Assembly (NCBI GenBank): GCA_050700915.1
Contig: JBOHED010000647.1
Coordinates: 1 to 37,478 of the forward strand
DNA from: Actinopolymorphaceae bacterium
GTDB lineage: Bacteria > Actinomycetota > Actinomycetes > Propionibacteriales > Actinopolymorphaceae
Direction of reading: 5' to 3'
DNA length: 37,478 bases
A model generated the notes under the pieces. It was not told the DNA's origin. It saw nothing but the letters and a program-made list of their open reading frames with translations, and made no database searches. A program made the position numbers and the translations under genes. Of this stretch, positions 8,693-15,093 are shown piece after piece. Position 1 is the stretch's first letter, and each line of letters begins with the position of its first letter.

Positions 8693-8790
8693 CCGGTGGG
8701 GGCATACCCCCTCGGCCCACCAAGGCCGGAACCGCGGAGGAGCGTTCTGCCACCTCAGCCGTGCCTAGTGATCAAGATGGGAGGTCCGCG

Positions 8791-9315
8791 ATGGACCACG
8801 AAAGTCGCCGCCGCCAGGTCGAGGCGCTGCGCGCTGAGGGGCTGTCGTTTCGGGAGGTCGGTCGTCGCCTCGGTATCAGCCATGAGCAGGCGAGACGAGC
8901 CGTCACCGTGACAGCGTTGTCGCAGGTCAGGCCACCACTCGAGCTCGACCAGCGCGGCGCGGCGTTCCGGTCCTACGTCGAGTCGACGTTCGACCTCGAC
9001 CGGTCTGAGCTTGAGCTGCTCACGCAGGTCTGCCGGCTGCTCGACATGGCCGACCGGCTGCAACGGCAGGTCGACACCGACGGCGTGACGGTGCTCAACG
9101 CCCGCAGCGAGCAGCGAGCGCACCCGGCCCTCGTTGAGCTACGGCAGGTGTCGCTCGCACTCGGCCGGCTGCTCGCACAGCTGGAAATCCCGGGCGAGGA
9201 CGAGCAGCGGACCAAGCCGGTTATCCGGTCAGGGTGGTCGCGTCGAGGCGAGAACGCCGCCCGTGCCCGGTGGGGCTCGACCATCCCGGCGCTGCGTGAG
9301 GGGGCCGGCGAGTGA
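8791..9315 (+). CDS. HTH-fused phage terminase small subunit (P27-like)
   Basis: GGAGG RBS. N-terminal LRAEGLSFREVGRRLGISHEQARR HTH, then PPLEL..G..F......FDL...ELELL..VC...D...L...V..DG..V......HPALVELRQ....L.RLL..L..P...AARARW, the pattern of actinophage small terminases. Confidence 0.75.
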   Translation: MDHESRRRQVEALRAEGLSFREVGRRLGISHEQARRAVTVTALSQVRPPLELDQRGAAFRSYVESTFDLDRSELELLTQVCRLLDMADRLQRQVDTDGVTVLNARSEQRAHPALVELRQVSLALGRLLAQLEIPGEDEQRTKPVIRSGWSRRGENAARARWGSTIPALREGAGE

Positions 9316-9590
9316 GGCTCAAGCGCGCCGCCACGCCGGTGCAGTCCAGCGCCCCGCCCGAGCTGCTCGACCTCGACGCCGAGGTCTGGCACGACCGGCG
9401 GGCGTACACCGCGTACATGAGCGCGCGGGGTTGGCTGCTGCCGACGAGAGAGCGCATGGGGGCCGACTCCCACCCCCGTCAGCGTCGCACCCATGCCGCG
9501 ATGGCGTGGGGCACCGCGTACGGAATCACCAGGGCCGACGGGCGATCTGTCGACCTGCACCGGCTGCGCGCCATGGGGGTCTACGGATGA
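9312..9590 (+). CDS. Hypothetical protein (92 aa)
   Basis: GTGA overlap with terS stop, GC-rich third codon positions. Confidence 0.6.
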   Translation: MRLKRAATPVQSSAPPELLDLDAEVWHDRRAYTAYMSARGWLLPTRERMGADSHPRQRRTHAAMAWGTAYGITRADGRSVDLHRLRAMGVYG

Positions 9591-9861
9591 CCAACACTGT
9601 CACGGCGTCAAAGTCACGCGTCAGCGCGGTACCTGTCCGGGCGCCGACGCGATCCATGGTCGAGGAGGCGGGACCATCCTTTCCCCGTCGAGGAGCCGGC
9701 CAGCGCCGTATCTCGCCCCGGGCCGGCTGTGTCGATGCGATGTCAACCGGCCCGGCTCGGGGCACCAAACCACGGTGTCACCTGCTTAGCCCCTAGTCGG
9801 CTCGCCGGGAGATCCGCGAGTTCCCACACGCAGTCGCACCTCGGCTGGCAGCATGATCGGC

Positions 9862-10386
9862 ATGGACAGCGCTTGGGCGCCCGTCGTGTCGGGCGTAGCG
9901 GGTGGAGTCATCGCGGCCGTGGTGACAGTGCTGGCGGGGTCTCTTGAGTGGCGGCGTAGAAGGGCCGACCAGATGCAGGCACGGCGGCTGGAGCTGCAGG
10001 CAGCCCGAGACCAGGAGGTTCGGACGGCGCTGCGGAACCTCCGCGTAGTCCACACCCATGCCGCCGTCCGCGCGAACGACCTCGCGAACGGACACGTAGA
10101 CGGCGCCGATGCGTTAGACCTCCGGAAGTTCGCCGATGCGTTCAGCACGACCTACACCGAGTGCGTCATCGCGCAGGAAGAGCTCCGAAGCCTGTGCGCG
10201 TCAACGGAGGTCCACGACAGCGTGGACACCCTCGTCGCCGAGGTGCGCCGACTCGTCGACCTCGCAAACGAGCCGCCGGACGACCTCGCGCGGGCGGTCA
10301 ACAAGCTCTCGAAGAGCGTTCGAACCCACCTGCGGACCATCAGTGCCCATGTGGACGCCGAACTCCGGAATATCAAAGACGCTTGA
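9862..10386 (+). CDS. Membrane-anchored helical hypothetical protein (accessory gene)
   Basis: Hydrophobic N-terminus (WAPVVSGVAGGVIAAVVTVLAGSL) followed by WRRRR, then a helical cytoplasmic part. Start 9853 or 9862. Confidence 0.7.
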   Translation: MDSAWAPVVSGVAGGVIAAVVTVLAGSLEWRRRRADQMQARRLELQAARDQEVRTALRNLRVVHTHAAVRANDLANGHVDGADALDLRKFADAFSTTYTECVIAQEELRSLCASTEVHDSVDTLVAEVRRLVDLANEPPDDLARAVNKLSKSVRTHLRTISAHVDAELRNIKDA

Positions 10387-10441
10387 CAGCGTGCGATACA
10401 GGCGGCCGGCTCGGTGCGCACACCCCGACAGACACCTTTGA

Positions 10442-10672
10442 TCAACCGAATATCCGGCGCGTGGCGTGCTGCAAGTCCAGGTGCGCGAGCACGTTGCCGC
10501 CGGCCGTACGGCACCACGCACCGATGTCCGCCCGGCACTTGGGGCACACCCGCGAGAGCACACGCGCGGTCGTGGCGAGGTCGTGCTCGGTGTAGCCCTG
10601 CGCACGCAGCCGACCGTCCCAGACCCAATCGAGCCGGACCGAGTCGAGCGGGTGCGTGTCGTCGCAACTCAT
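10442..10672 (-). CDS. Small zinc-finger protein (CPKC...C...H) of actinophage type
   Basis: VCPKCRADIGAWCRT....QHATR. ATGA overlap with the upstream ORF. Confidence 0.65.
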   Translation of the reverse strand: MSCDDTHPLDSVRLDWVWDGRLRAQGYTEHDLATTARVLSRVCPKCRADIGAWCRTAGGNVLAHLDLQHATRRIFG

Positions 10673-10860
10673 CGGGTTACCACCGTCCACAGCACCCCGA
10701 GCGCCGCGCATACCAGGAACGTCGCGATCCGCCATCGCACCGTCTCGCCTCCCGTGTTGAGGGTGCGGGCGATCCGCCTCCGAACCCCCCGCACCCGGCC
10801 ATGTGGGTGTGGCTCGGCGACCAGGACCACGGGGGCTGTGTCGACCGGTCGCCGTGCCAC
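10669..10860 (-). CDS. Small membrane protein (63 aa, or 23 aa from GTG 10740)
   Basis: C-terminal hydrophobic WRIATFLVCAALGVLWTVV. TACCGT -10 lies 8 nt upstream of GTG 10860. Alternative GGAGG-led start at 10740. Confidence 0.5.
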   Translation of the reverse strand: MARRPVDTAPVVLVAEPHPHGRVRGVRRRIARTLNTGGETVRWRIATFLVCAALGVLWTVVTR

Positions 10861-10895
10861 AGGGCACGACGGTAGAAGCGCGCCGAGGCGGGAAC

Positions 10896-10912
10896 GGGTA
10901 CAGCGAGTACCC
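10896..10912. promoter_or_regulatory. Palindromic operator GGGTAC-N5-GTACCC
   Basis: gggtac agcga gtaccc, just downstream of the XRE gene. Related site at 12160-12175. Confidence 0.6.
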
Positions 10913-10932
10913 GGTGACGGGGTGTACCCCGG

Positions 10933-12129
10933 TTAGTCGTGCACGCTGATCCGGGAGGCGATCCGCTCGACATCCTCGCGGGTCGATGGCGGCACGATCC
11001 GCAGCAGCTCACGAGTCAACAGCCGCGCTGGCGGGGAGTAGACCACCGTCTCTAGCGACGCGTCGACAGCTTGGGCGAGCAGGTGCGTAGCACTGATGTC
11101 CTCGCCGCTCTGCCGGTATCCGCGGGCCAGCTCGAGCAGGTGCCGCGCCCGCCGCTCCGTCGACGGGATCGACGCCGGGTCGAGGTTAGCCGCGAGCCTG
11201 CGCGCCTCGTCGCCACGGCCCATCGCGACGGCCAGCATGACCGCGTACACGTCCACGATGGCCCGGCCCACCCTGGTGTACGGGTGGGCGTATCCGGCCG
11301 GCAGGAGCCGCTCTGTGGTTTCCCGTGCGGTCTCCCACCGTGACCACGCCGACTCGTCACCGGAGCGAGCGAGGGTGAGCGCCGCGCACAGCTCCAGGTC
11401 GACGTACGCAGCGGCATACTCCTGGTCGGCGTCGATGCGGTCGCGGACGAGCGGCACGGCCTGGTCGATCTCGAGCACGGCGTCCTCGTGATGGCCGATC
11501 GCTCGCACAAGGTGGGCGTAGTACCAGGAGGCGCGGGCCCGGGACAGCGGGTTGTCGGCTGCTTGCGCGGCGGAGACGGCACGGTCGGCGGACATCCAGC
11601 ACAGCTCGCGGTCGCCATGCCAGGCGAGCCACGCCTGGGTCAGGTGGTAGGTCTCGGCGAGTAGCCGGTTCGCCTCACGCCGGTCTGCGCCTTCGACGGA
11701 TGCAGCGTGCCGGGCGTCACGGATCAGCCCGGGCAGTACCTTGCCGGTCTCGGTGCGCTGCTTCGTCGAGGTGTGCCACGTCTGCCACGCCGAGTCGAGC
11801 GCAGCGCGAATGTAACCATTGCTCTGCGCCTGCCCATCGCTGCCGGTGTGCAGCAGAAGCGCCCGCCGGACCTCGGGCAGCGCCTCGTGACTCGGTCGCT
11901 GCAGAACCGAGTACGGCACCTCGGAGCCGAACAGCGCCGACAGATCCTTGATATTGAGCGCTCGGGCGGCACGGACCGCCATCGTCAGCGTGAGCTCGCG
12001 GCGCCCGTTCTCAATCGCCTTGACGGACTCTGGCGAGCAGCCCATCAGGCCGGCCAGCTGGGGGCGAGACTTGCCCGCCGCTTCGCGGAAGATTCGGAGT
12101 CGGGCACCTGGGGACGTGTCATCGCTCAT
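10933..12129 (-). CDS. XRE-family transcriptional regulator with C-terminal helical (TPR-like) domain
   Basis: GARLRIFREAAGKSRPQLAGLMGCSPESVKAIENGRR HTH, long helical C-terminus ending ERRARHLLELARGY. GGGAGAG RBS. Confidence 0.9.
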   Translation of the reverse strand: MSDDTSPGARLRIFREAAGKSRPQLAGLMGCSPESVKAIENGRRELTLTMAVRAARALNIKDLSALFGSEVPYSVLQRPSHEALPEVRRALLLHTGSDGQAQSNGYIRAALDSAWQTWHTSTKQRTETGKVLPGLIRDARHAASVEGADRREANRLLAETYHLTQAWLAWHGDRELCWMSADRAVSAAQAADNPLSRARASWYYAHLVRAIGHHEDAVLEIDQAVPLVRDRIDADQEYAAAYVDLELCAALTLARSGDESAWSRWETARETTERLLPAGYAHPYTRVGRAIVDVYAVMLAVAMGRGDEARRLAANLDPASIPSTERRARHLLELARGYRQSGEDISATHLLAQAVDASLETVVYSPPARLLTRELLRIVPPSTREDVERIASRISVHD

Positions 12130-12159
12130 GGGGGCTCTCCCTCGCACGGTTAACGATCA

Positions 12160-12175
12160 GGGTACAGATGTACCC
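12160..12175. promoter_or_regulatory. Palindromic operator GGGTAC-N4-GTACCC upstream of the XRE gene
   Basis: gggtac agat gtaccc, about 30 nt upstream of the XRE start. Confidence 0.55.
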
Positions 12176-12326
12176 CTCGACCGTCACGGGTTCGACCAGC
12201 ATGAGAAAAGGTCCGACCCAGGGCACCCGACCAAAACGGGGTGGCGACGTAGAGAAGGGCGGCCCCGCTGTGAGCCCCCGGGACCGCCCTTGCTGCTCTC
12301 CCCTGAGAAAAGAAGCGATGCCCACC

Positions 12327-12704
12327 CTACGCGTCGTTGAGCGCCTCGACCTGCCGCACCGTGCCGCCCGCTGCGACGGCATAGAGCTCGATCCGGAGCA
12401 GGGCACGGATGCGCCTTGGCACGCGGAGCGCCGCGCGGAGGACGGTCGGCTCGTCGGGCACAACCGCCGCGTACCGTGTCACGGCCGGATCGTGCTCGTT
12501 GGTCATCCGGCGCAGGAGTTGGCCGTACATCGTGTCCGCGTCGAGTCCGGGCGCTTGTGTGCTGCCTTTCGCTTCGGCGTAGAGCCGCTCGTCGGCTCGG
12601 GTAGCGAGGACGTCGCAGTGCGCGGCTTCACGGATTGTCGACCATCCATCCGCGGCGAGATAGGCGCAGAAGGCGTCGATGACTCGGTCCTCGCTCGGCA
12701 TCAC
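12327..12704 (-). CDS. Stand-alone PD-(D/E)XK restriction-endonuclease-like protein (125 aa)
   Basis: E in N-terminal helix (SEDRVIDAF..YL...GW), CDVLA, YAEAKG (D...ExK), YGQLL. Start overlaps the upstream stop. Confidence 0.75.
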   Translation of the reverse strand: MMPSEDRVIDAFCAYLAADGWSTIREAAHCDVLATRADERLYAEAKGSTQAPGLDADTMYGQLLRRMTNEHDPAVTRYAAVVPDEPTVLRAALRVPRRIRALLRIELYAVAAGGTVRQVEALNDA

Positions 12705-13693
12705 AGACGCCCCTTTCCAAGCGTCGGCAGCCCGCCGGACATGACGCGTACGCCGGACTCAACGTTCACGGTCACGGGCCCCTCCTGCGGGACGATGGGC
12801 ACCGGGCGCAGAAAGCCAGACGTACGCCTCCGAAGCCTTCGTGCCCAGCGGTCGCGATCTTTCCGGAGGGCGAAGTGTCGGGTCGACCAGCCTTCGGGGG
12901 CGTGGCTGATGTTCCACACCGGGCTCTCGGTCGCGATGGCTGCCCGTTCGGCCTGCTCGGCCTCCAGCCGGCCCGCGTGTCGTTCGGTGGTGATCCGGGC
13001 GACCGTCCACCGCCACCATGGCTGCGAAATGTCGCTGCAGTGCTGCACGTGCCGCTGCTCGACGTCGTAAGAGACGCCGACGTACAGCAGCCGGTCGTCG
13101 CGGTCGTAGGCCCGGTACAGGTAGCAGGGCCGGTCGATGTCGGCGGGTCGTGGTTTGCCTGCCGCGGCGAGTGCCTCGTCCTCTGGAACCCCGTAGGCCC
13201 TGGCGAAGCGCAGCACGGTCGTCGCCGATGGCCCGCCATCCCTGGCCCACCGCTGGACGGATGCGCGAGTCATCCCGAGCTTTTCGGCGATCAGGCCGTT
13301 GTGGTCGTCGGTCACCGTGTTGACGTAGCGACGCCAGGCTGAGACTGGGAACAGCTGGGGCGGGTGCGAGCCGACCAGCGTGCCCTGGCGGCCCACGTAG
13401 CGGGTGATCAGCCCCTCGGCCTGTAGCTCGGCCAGGGCGGCCCGCATCGCGGTGATGCCGAGCCCGTAGGTGGCCGCAAGGGATTCTTCGGCCGGGAGCT
13501 TGGACCCGTCGGGCAGATCCCCCGTCTGGATCCGGCGGCGGAGGTCGGCGGCCGCGTCGCGCCACTTCTCCTGCCGCTGGATCGTCGGGAGTCTGCCCTC
13601 GCGTCGTTCGCGGCAGTAGTGGGTCATGCACCAGCCCCGGGCGTAGTGCGGGCGGGGGCAGCCGGACTCGCGGCAGCGTCGCTGTCCGGTCAT
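12701..13693 (-). CDS. Multidomain Zn finger-GntR HTH-XRE HTH-GIY-YIG nuclease-like protein (330 aa)
   Basis: CRESGCPRPHYARGWCMTHY; WRDAAADLRRRIQTGDLPDGSKLPAEESLA..AMRAALAELQAEGLI; LIAEKLGMTRASVQRWARDGGPSATTVLRFARAYG; YLYRAYDRDDRLLYVGVS...R...H...WW...EAEQAERAAIATESPVWN. AGGAGG RBS. Confidence 0.8.
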   Translation of the reverse strand: MTGQRRCRESGCPRPHYARGWCMTHYCRERREGRLPTIQRQEKWRDAAADLRRRIQTGDLPDGSKLPAEESLAATYGLGITAMRAALAELQAEGLITRYVGRQGTLVGSHPPQLFPVSAWRRYVNTVTDDHNGLIAEKLGMTRASVQRWARDGGPSATTVLRFARAYGVPEDEALAAAGKPRPADIDRPCYLYRAYDRDDRLLYVGVSYDVEQRHVQHCSDISQPWWRWTVARITTERHAGRLEAEQAERAAIATESPVWNISHAPEGWSTRHFALRKDRDRWARRLRRRTSGFLRPVPIVPQEGPVTVNVESGVRVMSGGLPTLGKGRL

Positions 13694-13723
13694 GGGCGGG
13701 GCCTCCTGTAGGGCGTGAAGGTG

Positions 13724-13763
13724 CACCGGCCCCCGCCGGGGAAGGACCTAGCGGGGGCCGGTG
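13724..13763. terminator. 13-bp perfect GC stem-loop (terminator or mRNA-stabilising hairpin)
   Basis: CACCGGCCCCCGC (13724-13736) / GCGGGGGCCGGTG (13751-13763), intergenic. No clear U tract. Confidence 0.5.
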
Positions 13764-13814
13764 GCGTTGATCGTCGGACAGAATTCGGTGCGGCGTGGGC
13801 GGTCTGATGTGCCG

Positions 13815-14054
13815 TTACTGAGTCGTGACGAGACCGATCACCAGGCCGGCCCACACCGAGACCGCGTAGGCGGTCATGGCGAGCACGGCGCCGACCGTGA
13901 GGCCGTCCAGCGGGCGTTCGTCGTCGACGACCTCGAGCCGGTCGACAGCAGCGGCGATCCGGTGGGCGAGCCGCAACTGCTCGGTGCTGTCGGAGGTGTG
14001 CTCGAGGTCGGCGAGGTCGGCGAGGATCTGCGCGGGCAGAGTGTCGCCGGTCAT
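13815..14054 (-). CDS. Small protein with C-terminal transmembrane helix (79 aa)
   Basis: ATGA coupling to the upstream ORF, GGAG/GGGG upstream, hydrophobic C-terminus. Confidence 0.6.
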   Translation of the reverse strand: MTGDTLPAQILADLADLEHTSDSTEQLRLAHRIAAAVDRLEVVDDERPLDGLTVGAVLAMTAYAVSVWAGLVIGLVTTQ

Positions 14055-14281
14055 GCGACACCCCCGGCGAGCTGCTCCAGACGGGCGACAGCAGCGGCCA
14101 GGTTGCCGGCACGCACGAGGTCGAGGATTTCGTCGAGCGGGTCGACAAGCTCGACCGCCAGCCCGGGCCACCATTGGCCGTGGTCGTCGAGTTCGTTCGC
14201 CCACCACACCGGCGGCAAGCTTTCCGTGTCGGCAGTGAGCCGGTACACGAGGGCGGGGTCGAGTTGCGAGAATGAGTGCAC
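14051..14281 (-). CDS. Hypothetical protein (76 aa), first gene inside attR
   Basis: AAGGGAG RBS before GTG 14281, GC-rich third codon positions. Confidence 0.6.
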   Translation of the reverse strand: MHSFSQLDPALVYRLTADTESLPPVWWANELDDHGQWWPGLAVELVDPLDEILDLVRAGNLAAAVARLEQLAGGVA

Positions 14282-14365
14282 GGTCGCTCCCTTGCTGAGC
14301 GGTCGAGGCCCTCGGCGAGCGTTGCTGCGCTTCCGGGGGCCGTTCGTCGCGACCTCACGGTGTGT

Positions 14366-14403
14366 CCGTGTGAGTTTGGGACTCAAGCGGTCACCGTGGT
14401 GTG
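14366..14403 (+). other. attR (P arm + GTCAC core + B' arm)
   Basis: ccgtgtgagtttgggactcaagcg GTCAC cgtggtgtg. Confidence 0.88.
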
Positions 14404-14893
14404 CTGGCGCGCGCTCGCCGAGAACGTGGCGGCGAGCCTGCACAAGGGCGAGCCGGTCGTCGCTACCGGCCGGCTGCGGGTGGAGCCGTGGGAGAAGGAC
14501 GACGGTCGCACCGGAACATCTGTCGAGGTCGAGGCGCAGGTCGTCGGCCACGACCTGTCGCGGGGCACCTCGGCATTCCGCCGGACCCGGCGGGAGTACA
14601 GCGACGCGCCGTCGGACGCCAAGATCGCCGCGCAGCTCGCGCGGAGCCTGGACGCCGTGCCGGTGGACCCGGGCGACAACTCGGCCACAGCACCGCATTC
14701 GACCACAGCACCGCATTCGGCCACCGTGCCGGAGGCGCGTCCTGCGACACCGGGGTCGGAACCGAGCCACAGCCAAGACGTCGGCGCCGTCAACGCCGAG
14801 GCGGCTGCGCTGCCCACGCAGCCGCGCAGTGGTGGTCGAGCCTCTCGGGCCGCCGCCGCGTCCTCGGCCGGTGCCGACCCGCGGGCCGCCTGA
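14390..14893 (+). pseudogene. ssb: Single-stranded DNA-binding protein (SsbB-like), 3' half
   Basis: VTVVCWRALAENVAASLHKGEPVVATGRLRVEPWEKDDGRTGTSVEVEAQVVGHDLSRGTSAFRR completes the OB fold. No acidic DDEPPF tip. Directly upstream of ettA, as for actinobacterial ssbB. Confidence 0.93.
14681..14724 (+). repeat. 18-bp in-frame tandem repeat in the SSB tail
   Basis: TCG(G/A)CCACAGCACCGCAT x2 plus a partial copy (S-A/T-TAPH). Confidence 0.8.
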
Positions 14894-15093
14894 GTGGCCC
14901 GCGCGAGATAGGCGGTTTGTGACCGTCTGATCTCGACAGCTGCCGGGCGGCAGTCCGCCCGCCTGTCGGCGCGCCCTGCCAGCCCCCGCCGGTGGTGGGC
15001 ATGGGACGCCGCCCGGCAGCGCCCCTCCAGGCGCGATGTTGCAGGATAGATCCGTCTGGTTTCTCCCCCGATCTCTGCCAAGGTGAATGCAAC

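Larger units (their letters stand above)
3423..14394. mobile_element. Serine-integrase genomic island / PICI-like phage satellite inserted in ssb (10,967 bp between GTCAC cores)
   Basis: GTCAC direct repeat at 3423-3427 and 14390-14394 joins the two ssb halves in frame. Contains a large serine recombinase next to attL, a replication-type ATPase, TerS, an XRE regulator and nuclease-like genes. Confidence 0.93.

Noticed and set aside
9587..9796. ATGA-coupled 69-aa ORF after 9312-9590
   Set aside because: Weak codon bias and no motif, so not supportable as a gene, though not excluded.
3423..14394. Complete prophage or conjugative AICE
   Set aside because: No recognisable capsid, portal, large terminase, tail or lysin genes, and no FtsK/SpoIIIE TraB or RepSA-type gene.
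14276..14893. ORF that could be an element-supplied replacement start for ssb
   Set aside because: The 38 residues before the core bear no resemblance to the SSB N-terminal strands and lack an RBS, so half the OB fold would be missing.
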